NCBI GenBank assembly: GCA_950097015.1
Contig: CATNEN010000038.1
Span: forward strand, 11,408,001-11,472,000
From: Macrostomum hystrix
Lineage: Eukaryota; Animalia; Platyhelminthes
Reading direction: 5' to 3'
DNA length: 64,000 nt
Position numbers and translations under genes: made by a program. Shown here piece after piece: positions 36,801 through 47,711 of this stretch (positions are counted from its first letter, which is position 1; every line of letters begins with the position of its first letter). Below the pieces are notes generated by a model. The model saw only the letters and a list, made by a program, of their open reading frames with translations. It was not told the origin of the DNA and made no database searches.

Positions 36801-39800
36801 TCGGCAATATAGAATGCAGCCAATAAATAAAGTAATTTAAAATTAGAAAAGTAACACACCTCAAAGTGGCATCTTGCGGCGGGGCAAAGCTCCATTCATT
36901 AGCCAGCGAGTCGGCTAGCCAGGTGTCGTTAACACAATAGGCGTAGATTGGGAAGGCGTTATTTTCGTCGCTGGCGCGCAATAATTGTGACAAGGCAGCC
37001 GCAGAGGCTGGGAACAGAAGCAGCTGCAGGCAGCGAGAGTTGCACACCTGCCGAATTGGGAATTGGTTTAGACTGTACCTGTAGCTCAGATCTGGGAGAT
37101 CAGATAGACTAACAGTTACAAATATTTACAGACAGTTACAGACATTTACAGACAGTTACAGACAGCTACAGACAGTTACAGACAGCTACAGACAGTTACA
37201 GACAGCTACAGACAGTTACAGACAGCTACAGACAGTTACAGACAGTTACAGACAGTTACAGGCAGGCAGACAGTTACAGGCAGGCAGACAGTTACAGACA
37301 TTTACAGACAGTTACAGACAGTTACAGACAGGCAGACAGTTACAGACAGTTACAGACATTTACAGACAGTTACAGACAGTTACAGGCAGGCAGACAGTTA
37401 CAGACATTTACAGACAGCTACAGACATTTAAAGACAGTTACAGACAGCTACAGACAGTTACAGACAGTTACAGACAGCTACAGACAGTTACAGACAGTTA
37501 CAGGCAGGCAGACAGTTACAGACATTTACAGACAGTTACAGACAGGCAGACAGTTACAGACATTTACAGACAGCTACAGACATTTAAAGACAGTTACAGA
37601 CAGCTACAGACAGTTACAGACAGTTACAGACAGCTACAGACAGTTACAGACAGTTACAGACAGTTACAGACAGTTACAGGCAGGCAGACAGTTACAGACA
37701 TTTACAGACAGTTACAGATAGTTACAGACAGTTACAGACAGCGACAGACAGTTAAAAACATTTACAGACATTTACAGACAGTAACAGACAGTCGCCAACC
37801 TGTCCATAGCAGCACCAGCCCAGCTGGTGGGCAAGCAGCTGGGCACAGTCGGCCTCGGTCATGCGGGCGATGCCGACGCCCCTGGAGGCCAGGTGTCGGG
37901 TATAGCGCTCCTCCTCGCAGCAGGTCAGCGGCAGCTGGAAGAAGCGCCTAGCTGACAGCTCTTGCTCAAGCTGCCTGATCAGCTGTTCGTGACAGTCGGG
38001 CTCCTCTGTCTGGATGAGGCCGAGCAGCAGGCGCACCTCGGCGCTGCGGCTAACCAGGCTAATCAAGTCCACGCCAGTCCACAGAGACTCGGCTTGATCG
38101 CTAATTGGCTGGCGCCAAATCGTCTGCGACTCGGACCCGCCAGCGCCCGTCCGCCTGTGCTGACGCTGTCGACAGTCGGGCGAGCGGCACACACCGCTAT
38201 TGGACATTGTCGAAGCTTTATTAGAGAGCTTCAACACGGCGTCGAGTGTGAGGAAGACGCGAAATACGCGCTCGTCCGAGTCGCGCAGCAGGTCGGGCAG
38301 TGCGGCATAGTCGGCCTCCAGCCAGTCGGCAGTTTCGCGAGCCAAATCAGAGGCCATTGGCCGGCCAGGCTGCGGCTCAGCCCAGACCTCCGTGACAATG
38401 CGCAGGTCGATAACCTGACGACCTCCGCCGCTAGCGCCAGTAGCCGCGGCAGTCGGCTGCGGCGCTGGCAAAGGCGGCGGCGCAGCGGCCGTGGGAGTCG
38501 GCAAAGCGCTGACGCTGTTTCGATGCAAGCTGGCCGTGTCTTCCTGCACCGTGGCCTCGCTAGATTCGCTGTCCAGTCGTCGGCGCGAAATCAACGGATA
38601 GAGCAGGTACTGCAGGCACAGTTCCACATCGGCCGAGGAGTCTCCGTCGGCGGCGCTCCTGGCAGCCGCGTGAATGCCGCCGACGGGATCGCCGGATTGT
38701 TGAAGGGCGACTCGGCGAAAAAGATTGACAAAGCCGGCATTGGCGTAGGCAAAGTGGAAGCCTTGCTGAAGGCGCAGGGCCACCAGGCAGTTGAAGATGT
38801 GCAGCAGATTGTCGCGTGATGGAAACTGGTTGGCAACGGAGTCCGCCGCGGCTAAAGGCAATCCGGTGCGCTCCTCCGGACAGACGACGTGCCAGACGAA
38901 CCGTCGATAATGCAGCTGTCTGGAGACAATCTGCATCTGCAGGTTGAGCTTCTCAGTCTCGGCAAAGCTGGCAAGATTTCTAGACAGACATTTCGGCTCG
39001 AATTGGATCACAAATCTATCTAGAGGCTTAGCAACCGCGTAGCAACACGGCGTCTCACTTTCGGCGCGTTGCAACGGCGATTTGACGCCGCTAGCAATGC
39101 CAACAGCGCTGGCTGAGGCGTCTACGCCAGCGTCGGAGCGCTGCCCGGCAGATCCGCCGATGCCACCGGAAGGTGTCTTGTGCTTTGACTCGGCTATGCG
39201 AGATGGGAAATAAAGATTGGCTAGCCGTTCTCGCAGTTCTTGAACCACAGTCTGGCGAATGGTGCTGGACACGTGGGCAAGAAAGGCCAGAGTCACAATC
39301 AGGGTCTGATAGTGAGGCTTCACGCTCAGGTAGACCTGCAGTGGGTGAGGATGAATGACCGTGATGAGGCTTTTGAAATTAACCTGATTAACCCACTGAA
39401 TGACCAATGAGCCTTCCTAACCTACAGAATGACCAATGAGCCTTCATAACCTACAGAATGACCAATGAGCCTTCATAACCTACAGAATGACCAATGAGCC
39501 TTCCTAACCTACAGAATGACCAATGAGCCTTCATAACCTACAGAATGACCAATGAGCCTTCATAACCTACAGAATGACCAATGAGCCTTCCTAACCTACA
39601 GAATGACCAATGAGCCTTCATAACCTACAGAATGACCAATGAGCCTTCCTAACCTACAGAATGACCAATGAGCCTTCCTAACCTACAGAATGACCAATGA
39701 GCCTTCATAACCTACAGAATGACCAATGAGCCTTCATAACCTACAGAATGACCAATGAGCCTTCATAACCTACAGAATGACCAATGAGCCTTCCTAACCT

Positions 39801-42800
39801 ACAGAATGACCAATGAGCCTTCATAACCTACAGAATGACCAATGAGCCTTCCTAACCTACAGAATGACCAATGAGCCTTCCTAACCTACAGAATGACCAA
39901 TGAGCCTTCATAACCTACAGAATGACCAATGAGCCTTCCTAACCTACAGAATGACCAATGAGCCTTCATAACCTACAGAATGACCAATGAGCCTTCATAA
40001 CCTACAGAATGACCAATGAGCCTTCCTAACCTACAGAATGACCAATGAGCCTTCATAACCTACAGAATGACCAATGAGCCTTCATAACCTACAGAATGAC
40101 CAATGAGTTTTCATAACCTACAGAATGACCAATGAGCCTTCCTAACCTACAAAATGACCAATGAGCCTTCCTAACCTACAGAATGAATACTCGGCCTACA
40201 TTCACTCTGTAGGTTATGAGGGCTCATTGGTCATTCTGTAGGTTAGAAGGCTCATTGGTTATTCTGAGCTTTTAAACATTGATTGGTCATTCTGTAGGTT
40301 ATGAAGGCTCATAGTCATTCTTCTCGGCCTCATAACCTTGGCGCCCTAACTCACCATGTAGAATGACTCGGGCCGGGCCTCGTCCAGATCGTCGTCTCGA
40401 CTGAACTTGGCCGTGTCGTACAATAGTTTAACGTAGACGCTCTGCTCCAGCAGAGTGAAGCAGTTGTCAATCAGTCGGTCGCTCTTCGCTCGAATGACCC
40501 GATCGGCAATGAGAGACAAGGCCTGGCGGCACTGCACGGGACTATACTTGCCGCGGGCGCTGCGCATATTCAAATTGCGCAACTGGCTCAACTGACCGTC
40601 GTGTCGCAGGAGCAGGAACAGGCGGTGCACGTGCATCCACTTCTGACAGCTGACAGCGTCGATGCGAACCATCCGGAGCCAGTAGGCCGCGAATCTGTCG
40701 TCAACGTCCGCCACTGTACTTTTAGTTAGTACAGGCTCCTGCGTCTGAGGCAGCAGGTAGAACAGAGGAGAACTGCCTCGGAACTGCTGAGGAATCACGT
40801 AGACCGATGAGTCCTTATCGAAGGTGTACAATTGGGCCACGAAGGCGTCAGTCTTGTTCAGATCTCGCATGTGATATTGGAAGCGTTCATAGCTGCAGCG
40901 AAGCCGGGCGCTCTGTCGCGCCACGGTGACCCTGGCGGACGATAGGCGCTGAAGATACTCGGTGCTGCCTTCGCAGGCGGCGGATATCTGAAGTTTTTAG
41001 AGGAGGTCTAGTTGATACCTTCAGGCTCTGAGCACAGGTGAACAGTAGAGCTACCAAGGGGGGTGACCAGCTATCATTTAACAGCTGGTTGAACAGAATC
41101 ATCGCAAAGTTTAATTTTCTAGGCTAAAAGGCACGAGAATATAAGAAATATTATGTTTTTGTTATTGTTCTTTTGTGTTCCAAAATCAAATGTCAGATTT
41201 TCCTGAAAGTCTACCAAATGGATCAAATGGAACAAAGGTAAATCGTCAAACAGGCCAATCACCTCAGTGGCCACGCTCCGTTCAGGCGGCCAGTCGCTAT
41301 GTAGAGTGTAGAGCATAGAGACACCCGGCCTCCAGGCCAGACAGAGCTCCAGCTCAATCTCAGTGTTGCCCTTCAACAGTTGGAATCGCCGAATAGTGTA
41401 GCCTTCGCGCAGGCGCACAGACAGGATTGCCAGGAAGGACACCGGCAGCTGCTGCGCGTCGGTGCGGAACCGCTTCCGGGAGACGCCGCAGCGACGCTCG
41501 GCGCCGGAAAGGCAGCTGGGCCCGACGCTTGAAACTGCTGCTGCTGCGGCGGCGGCGGCTGAAGAAGCGGCCATGTCACTGGAGGTGGCAGAATCGCTCA
41601 TACCGCTGAGCATGCTAGACATTGATGAAGCAGATACCGAATCAATCATCGGGCGATTGTCGGCGAAGCTGGAGATGCCGTTGGCGCCGCCGGGCCTCCA
41701 AATCTGGCACTCGCTGCTCTTCCACGGCTCAGCTAATCCGCGGCTGAAGCTCCAGAACAGCAGGGCGCGGTGCACGTCGGTGACAGGTAGAGGCTGCGTC
41801 TGCGATGCAGTGAGCTGATGCAGCTGCAAGTTTTTGCTCGATAGGCGGTCTTCGGCTAGAAACTTTCCAAACGTGGCTTTGGCAAGGAAGCGACAAAATT
41901 CGTCGCTCTCCAGGTAGCCAAAATTAGCCAACGGCTGCTCAGAGGAGGCGCCAACGGCTAAAAATGAGCAGGCGATGGGGGCAGATCTGAGCATGTGCAG
42001 GGTGCGGTCCAGCTGAGTCTGGTCCGCGGTGGCCAAGTTACAGTCGGTGAAGAGCACAATTTGTGAGGCTGCAGCTTCGGGTAGAAAGGTCAGACTCAGG
42101 ACTCCATGCCTGAGCATGCTCAACAGATCAGAGCTCACTGAGTGGTTCAACGATGACGCACTACTGGCCAGACGGGCCGTTGTCTGTCGTTCGACTTCAG
42201 CTTCGAATCGGCTCGCTTTGCAACGTATCTCGTCAACTAGCCGGTCGACAGTGCCGAAAGTTAATCGGTGACCCTTGGCTAGCAGAGCCACTTCACTCTC
42301 GCTGTGGGCCAGCACAGATAGGCAGATGCCGGGATAGAAGCTGGTTAAGCAGCCAGGCAGAGCAACTGGTCTGCTGAGCAGGCGCAAGCATTTCTCAAGA
42401 CATTTGAGCGCCCGTTCAAGCCGCAGCCTGCCATTCTTAGCCACGCAAAACATTGACGCGCTCATGTCTAGCACGAATGAGAACGCATAGTCGAGCACTA
42501 GAAAGTGCACCCGATGCTGAGGAGTCAGGATGAAACTAGCTTCGCTAATGTTAGCTACTTCCTGTTCATCAACTGGATTCTCATCGTCGCCGGAGGATGA
42601 CAAACTGTCAGATGCTGCCGTGGCGGCAGTTAAACTACTCGATGTCTCAGCCAGCACAACAAAAGCTCGTTGGTCATTGTCTGAGAGCTGTTGCAGAATC
42701 ACGGGCTTCAGGGGCTTGCCAAGATTCTCAAAGAACCAGGAGGCCCGCATGTTGCGCGACACTCGATAGTCCCGCCGGATGAGCACGAATGCTTCGGGCG

Positions 42801-42837
42801 GCTCGGCGCCCAAACTGGCAACAGCGCCGCCGCTCAT
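11559..42837 (-). CDS. SZT2: KICSTOR complex scaffold SZT2 (seizure threshold 2 homolog), 24 coding exons, ~4,297 aa
   Basis: Hand-built GT-AG exons: 42837-41263, 40987-40355, 39335-37800, 37047-36860, 36790-36595, 35764-35503, 35412-35219, 34918-33800, 32291-32040, 31668-31261, 30544-30291, 29774-29519, 29036-28392, 25018-24518, 21270-20761, 20115-19568, 19146-18277, 17835-17277, 17061-16752, 16656-16227, 15476-15044, 14214-13849, 12889-12326, 11843-11559. Total 12,894 nt with all phases compatible. SZT2 hallmarks: DYRVSRNMRASWFF, FVLDMSASM, SVRLREGY, WMHVHRL.LLLRHD, LRLQQGFHFA, VTEVWAEPQ.G, VNQLKLLEE, HVHSFCHDYHLR, CHRDLLWSRL. Confidence 0.92.
11866..12232. repeat. Decayed repeat in SZT2 intron 23
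   Basis: About 7 copies of CGATATGTATCGAAAA-like cores separated by diverged spacers. Confidence 0.6.
12985..13325. repeat. ~50-bp minisatellite in SZT2 intron 22
   Basis: Unit GGAGATAGGTTAGGGGGGTCACTTGACCCTCAGGATCGTCAAGGCTATCT. Confidence 0.85.
14283..14983. repeat. 20-21-bp minisatellite in SZT2 intron 21
   Basis: Unit GAGAAGCGACCTGAAGGATCT. Confidence 0.93.
15494..16202. repeat. 24-bp minisatellite in SZT2 intron 20
   Basis: Unit GTGTTACAGAGGCTAGTGGCTGGG. Confidence 0.95.
17093..17267. repeat. 23-bp minisatellite in SZT2 intron 18
   Basis: Unit GACAGGTGTACATTAAAGTGATT. Confidence 0.9.
17876..18232. repeat. ~27-bp G-rich minisatellite in SZT2 intron 17
   Basis: Unit GGTGGGGTAGAATTGGGGGAGAAAGGC. 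Confidence 0.9.
19208..19520 (+). mobile_element. tRNA-headed SINE-like element in SZT2 intron 16
   Basis: Head GCCTCTCGCACT..GGCTCGATTCC GCGGCGAGGCCA (B-box-like, ending CCA); about 200 bp of body closely matches the inverted copy at 29975-30280. Confidence 0.7.
20140..20712. repeat. Degenerate CTAATTA/TTACCTC-based tandem repeat in SZT2 intron 15
   Basis: Recurrent ATTACCTCTAATTAGTCTACC units, heavily diverged. Confidence 0.75.
21318..24447. repeat. 24-bp minisatellite (~130 units) in SZT2 intron 14
   Basis: Unit AGCTCGATATGTAGCCTAATGATT; it produces the spurious 1,094-aa and 1,065-aa ORFs. Confidence 0.97.
25183..28222. repeat. 20-bp satellite (~150 units) in SZT2 intron 13
   Basis: Unit GAGAAGCGTTTGAGTAGTTA; same family as 51437-53700. 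Confidence 0.97.
29075..29500. repeat. AT-rich ~65-bp (2x~33) repeat in SZT2 intron 12
   Basis: Recurrent TTAAAGTACACGATAATAAAGTACTTCAAATTC. Confidence 0.85.
29975..30280 (-). mobile_element. tRNA-headed SINE-like element in SZT2 intron 11
   Basis: The reverse complement matches 19208-19520 (CCTCTCGCACT..GATTCCGCGGCGAGGCC..GTACACTGCCTGA.GATGAGAAAGTCAGGG..GCCTCCTCGC.GGCTGCGGGTCTAGTGTCAC). Confidence 0.7.
30681..31260. repeat. 62-bp minisatellite in SZT2 intron 10
   Basis: The sense unit GTGAGAATCTGCTCAGGAATCGACCC...TTTCCATCGA starts exactly at the donor (31260). Confidence 0.95.
31745..31985. repeat. 32-bp minisatellite in SZT2 intron 9
   Basis: Unit CTAATCTGCCTAATCTTTAGGTTGGCTAGTCA. Confidence 0.9.
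32325..33700. repeat. 21/30-bp composite minisatellite in SZT2 intron 8
   Basis: Unit GATAATTCAGGGAACCTGATC, with longer variants carrying GAAGATCTGT. Confidence 0.93.
34930..35180. repeat. Decayed ~35-bp repeat in SZT2 intron 7
   Basis: Recurring CTAA(A/G)AGTACATT cores with diverged G-rich spacers. Confidence 0.6.
35785..36575. repeat. 22-23-bp minisatellite in SZT2 intron 5
   Basis: Unit CCAATCTACCTGTCTACCAGAC. Confidence 0.93.
37112..37790. repeat. 10-bp minisatellite in SZT2 intron 3
   Basis: Unit CAGTTACAGA, running to within ~10 bp of the donor at 37799. Confidence 0.95.
39397..40320. repeat. 29-bp minisatellite in SZT2 intron 2 with inverted terminal copies
   Basis: Unit GAATGACCAATGAGCCTTCATAACCTACA (39397-40185); reverse-complement copies at ~40207-40320. 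Confidence 0.93.
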
Positions 42838-42979
42838 GCTGCAGCAATTGCGTTTGCTTACAACTTAGCTAAGCAGTAGTATGGGCAGTTGCATTCCAAG
42901 CTAGCCCTAGCAATGCCTAATTGGCAAAGTTCGACACTACGCGCAAAGCGCAGGCTGTTTATACTCTGAAAACGGATTC

Positions 42980-43497
42980 ATGAGTTCGCAGTCAGGTAAA
43001 TTGATCATCTCACTTCGGATCTCTAATGAGTATGCAGTCAGGTAAATTGGTAATCTCACCTCTGATCTCTAATGAGTATGCAGTCAGGTAAATTGGTAAT
43101 CTCACCTCTGATCTCTAATGAGTTTGCAGTCTGGTAAATTGGAAATCTCACCTCTGATCTCTAATGAGTTTGCAGTCTGGTAAATTGGTTATCTCACCTC
43201 TGATCTCTAATGAGTTTGCAGTCAGGTAAATTGGTAATCTCACCTTTGATCTCTAATGAGTTTGCAGTCAGGTAAATTGGTTATCTCACCTCTGATCTCT
43301 AATGAGTTTGCAGTCAGGTAAATTGGTAATCTCACCTTTGATCTCTAATGAGTTTGCAGTCAGGTTAATTGGTAATCTCACCTCTGATCTCTAATGAGTT
43401 CGCAGTCAGGTAAATTGGTAATTTCACCTCTAATCTCTAATGAGTTTGCAGTCTGGTTAATTGGTAATCTCACCTCTAATCTCTAATGAGTTTGCAA
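42980..43497. repeat. 46-bp minisatellite upstream of SZT2 ATG (probable 5'-UTR intron 42966-43473)
   Basis: Unit TGAGTTTGCAGTCAGGTAAATTGGTAATCTCACCTCTGATCTCTAA; on the - strand nearly every unit has AG|GTGAGA; acceptor TTTTCAG ends at 42966. Confidence 0.88.
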
Positions 43498-43844
43498 AAC
43501 TTATGCTAATTAACAATCTATAGCTTGCATATGATATTAAATTGAAAATAAAATAAATAAAGTTTATGTGGACTTCAAGACAGTGCATCAATTTGAATAT
43601 AAGAGCAGATTATATTTTATATGCACAAAATAATGCAAATGTAAACACGAGCTACATAAATACAGGAACAAGACACAAATTTAAAGCTTTTTTCTGCTCC
43701 ATTTTTTAATTAGCTTATACAAACAAAAGCATTGCAAGGTATTTGGAGCATATTTTTTACTTCTAGTTTTTATAATAAAGAATCACTTGTTAGATATTAT
43801 ATTAATATGGCCAGATATTAGTTTCAGATTCCTGATACTCTTAT

Positions 43845-44590
43845 AGATCAGATTCCTTGTACGATTCTAATTTCGATTCCTAGTACGATTCTAGTCTCGA
43901 TTCTCGAAACGATTCTTGCTTCGATTCTCTAGACGATTCTTGCTTCGATTCTCTAGACGATTCTTGCTTCGATTCTCTAGACGATTCTTGCTTCGATTCT
44001 CTAGACGATTCTAGTTTCTATTGCTGGTACGATTCTAGTCTCAATTTCTAGAACGATTCTAGTCTCGATTTCTGGTACGATTGTAGTCTCGATTCCTGGT
44101 ACGATTCTTGCTTCGATTCTCTAGACGATTCTTGCTTCGATTCTCTAGACGATTCTAGTTTCTATTGCTGGTACGATTCTAGTCTTAATTTCTAGAACGA
44201 TTCTAGTCTCGATTTCTGGTACGATTGTAGTCTCGATTCCTGGTACGATTCTTGCTTCGATTCTCTAGACGATTCTAGTTTCCATTGCTGGTACGATTCT
44301 GGTCTCGATCCCTGGTACGATTCTAGTCTCGATTCCCGAAACTATTCTTGCTTCGATTCTCTAGACGATTCTAGTTTCGATTCCTGGTACGATTCTAGTC
44401 TCGATCCCTGGTACGATTCTAGTCTCGATTCCTTGTACGATTCTAGTCTCGATTTCTGGTACGATTCTATACTCGATTCATGGTACGATTCTAGCTTCGA
44501 TTCCTGGTAGGATTCTAGCTTCGATTCCCGATACGATTCTAGCTGCGATTTCTGATCAAATTCTAGCTCTGATTTTTTATACGATTCTAA
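43845..44590. repeat. 24-bp minisatellite between MRPS12 and SZT2
   Basis: Unit ACGATTCTAGTCTCGATTCCTGGT (2x12 substructure). Confidence 0.92.
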
Positions 44591-44700
44591 TTTGACAAAT
44601 AGTACTATTTTGTAGCATTTATGTCTATGTTGAAATTTGAATTCAAACACAGGAAAATGTCTTCTAAAAAGCTTTGGAGAGTTCGGGCCATAGACAGTGG

Positions 44701-45276
44701 CTACTTGGGAACCTGTTTAACCACGTGCGCGCAGTCGTATTTGCCGCGCACCACTTTGTGCTTGACGCCAATCAGATCCTGGCACCGCCCGCCCCTAATT
44801 AGCACCATGTTATGCTCCTGCAAGTTGTGCCCGATGCCGGGCACGTAGGCTGTAATCTCGCGACCGTTCGATAGGCGAACTCGAACGCAGCGTCGATTAG
44901 CGGAATTCGGCTTCTTCGGCTTTCGAATCAGAGTTCGAAGGACAATGCCCTTCATGAATGGCCGCTGGTCCATGTGTCGGTTCGGCGGACGCTTCTTAAC
45001 AATGGGTCCGTAGCGGGCCATGCGGTTCAACAGGTTGTCATCTTCGATGCACTTCGGCATCGCGATGCTCCAGCTCTGCGGCGCTGGGGCCGCGTCAAAT
45101 AAACCGGAGCTATTGTTCACAAATCGACTGGCGCAACGAATCGGCAACTGAAGCAGCGGTAGAAGGCCCATTGTGGGGCCCGCCTTAGCAACAGCTGACA
45201 ACAGTGTGGAACTACGAGTACAGACTGAAGAGGCCAGCGCTGCCACCAGCGGCTTCATCATTAGTCTGGCCAGCAT
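44701..45276 (-). CDS. MRPS12: Mitochondrial ribosomal protein uS12m (single coding exon, 191 aa)
   Basis: [64 protein letters not shown] is the S12 signature; the Arg/Ser/Leu-rich N-terminus fits a mitochondrial presequence. Confidence 0.95.
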   Translation of the reverse strand: MLARLMMKPLVAALASSVCTRSSTLLSAVAKAGPTMGLLPLLQLPIRCASRFVNNSSGLFDAAPAPQSWSIAMPKCIEDDNLLNRMARYGPIVKKRPPNRHMDQRPFMKGIVLRTLIRKPKKPNSANRRCVRVRLSNGREITAYVPGIGHNLQEHNMVLIRGGRCQDLIGVKHKVVRGKYDCAHVVKQVPK

Positions 45277-45417
45277 CCGAGCACGTTTCGATTAGAATAT
45301 CTGAAAAATGTAAATCAATTAGGGCCGATTAATCTGAAGCTCATTAAATAAATGAATTCCTAAATTAATTCAAAGCCAATGGTTAACGGTTCGGTTCAGG
45401 GAATATTCTGCGATTTT

Positions 45418-47070
45418 AGAGCACCAGTTCCTGAAGATCCCTTAGCACTAGTTCCTGAAGACCCCGGAGCACTAGTTCCTGAAGATCCCTTAGCACTAGT
45501 TCCTGAAGACCCCGGAGCACTAGTTCCTGAAGATCCCGGAGCACTAGTTCCTGAAGATCCCTTAGCACTAGTTCCTGAAGACCCCGGAGCACTAGTTCCT
45601 GAAGACCCCGGAGCACTAGTTCCTGAAGATCCCGGAGCACTAGTTCCTGAAGATCCCGGAGCACTAGTTCCTGAAGACCCCAGAGCACTAGTTCCTGAAG
45701 ATCCCGGAGCACAAGTTCCTGAAGATCCCGGAGCACTAGTTCCTGAAGACCCCGGAGCACTAGTTCCTGAAGACCCCGGAGCACTAGTTCCTGAAGATCC
45801 CGGAGCACTAGTTCCTGAAGACCCCGGAGCACTAGTTCCTGAAGATCCCGGAGCACCAGTCCCTGAAGATCCCGGAGCACCAGTCCCTGAAGATCCCGGA
45901 GCACCAGTTCCTGAAGATCCCGGAGCACCAGTCCCTGAAGATCATAGAGCACTAGTTCCTGAAGATCCCGGAGCACTAGTTCCTGAAGACCCCGGAGCAC
46001 TAGTTCCTGAAGATCCCGGAGCACCAGTCCCTGAAGATCCCGGAGCACCAGTCCCTGAAGATCCCGTAGCACCAGTTCCTGAAGATCCCGGAGCACCAGT
46101 CCCTGAAGATCATAGAGCACTAGTTCCTGAAGATCCCGGAGCACCAGTCCCTGAAGATCCCGGAGCACCAGTTCCTGAATATCATGGAGCACCAGTCCCT
46201 GAAGATCATAGAGCACCAGTCCCTGAAAATTATGGAGCACCAGTCCCTGAAGATTATGGAGCACCAGTCCCTGAAGATTATGGAGCACCAGTCCCTGAAT
46301 ATCATGGAGCACCAGTCCCTGAAGATTATGGAGCACCAGTCCCTGAAGATTATGGAGCACCAGTCCCTGAATATCATGGAGCACCAGTCCCTGAAGATTA
46401 TGGAGCACCAGTCCCTGAATATCATGGAGCACCAGTCCCTGAAGATTATGGAGCACCAGTCCCTGAAGATTATGGAGCACCAGTCCCTGAATATCATGGA
46501 GCACCAGTCCCTGAAGATTATGGAGCACCAGTCCCTGAAGATTATGGAGCACCAGTCCCTGAATATGATGGAGCACCAGTCCCTGAAGATTATGGAGCAC
46601 CAGTCCCTGAAGATTATGGAGCACCAGTCCCTGAATATCATGGAGCACCAGTCCCTGAAGATTATGGAGCACCAGTCCCTGAAGATTATGGAGCACCAGT
46701 CCCTGAATATCATGGAGCACCAGTCCCTGAAGATTATGGAGCACCAGTCCCTGAAGATTATGGAGCACCAGTCCCTGAATATCATGGAGCACCAGTCCCT
46801 GAAGATTATGGAGCACCAGTCCCTGAATATCATGGAGCACCAGTCCCTGAAGATTATGGAGCACCAGTCCCTGAATATCATGGAGCACCAGTCCCTGAAG
46901 ATTATGGAGCACCAGTCCCTGAAGATCATAGAGCACCAGTCCCTGAAGATCCTGGAGCACTAGTTCCTGAAGATCCCTGAGTACCAGTTTCTGAAGATCT
47001 TGGAGCACCAGTCCCTGAAGGTCCCGGAGCACCAGTCCCTGAAGGTCCCGGAGCACCAGTCCCTGAATAT
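45418..47070. repeat. 24-bp minisatellite upstream of MRPS12
   Basis: Unit GGAGCACCAGTCCCTGAAGATCCC, with a positional gradient of variants. Confidence 0.95.
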
Positions 47071-47711
47071 CTTGTGCCTGAAGCTACGCAGGACAGGGTT
47101 TTCTTGTGATTTCGAAGAAACTTAATTAAAAAAACAGAAAATAAAGATACGTCCATCATTAGTTTTCTGTATTTCATTCAAATGTGCGCGCATGTAGAAT
47201 TGCTATTGTAAAATTCCAATTATAATCATGGATAACAGTCATAGAACAAGCAATTAATCCACAACCCTGAAAACTCCACTGCGATTATAAGTCAATTAAA
47301 CTATTGCTGATTCAGATTGATTCAGAAATTTCTGATGTAAACTGGGGGCTTAAAATCCATGAGTAGATCTTGACATGAACATTAAGAAACAGTTTTACAA
47401 TGGCACCAGGAATCTAAACTTAATAAAATAGTTTTGCTTAACATAAATAAAACTGAAAAGAAACGTAATATGCATGACTACTAACCAAACGAAGACATAC
47501 GCGCTTAGCACTACTGAACAAAGCGGAGCTAGTGAGTAGTTCAAACTAACAAACTAACACTTGAAATTGTATTTATAAAAGTCATTATTTAGTCAAAAAT
47601 AATTAAAAATAATTAATTATGCGAGTGATTAAAAACTTACTTTAGCCCACAGACCACGGATACTAAATTAAACTTGACGGGCCACTTAGCAATATGCTCT
47701 TAAGGAAACCG

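Noticed and set aside
45379-47056. 533-aa PEDPGALV/PEDYGAPV repeat protein and overlapping ORFs
   Set aside because: Entirely a 24-bp array open in several frames on both strands, with no unique domain or signal peptide; treated as non-coding unless expression data say otherwise.
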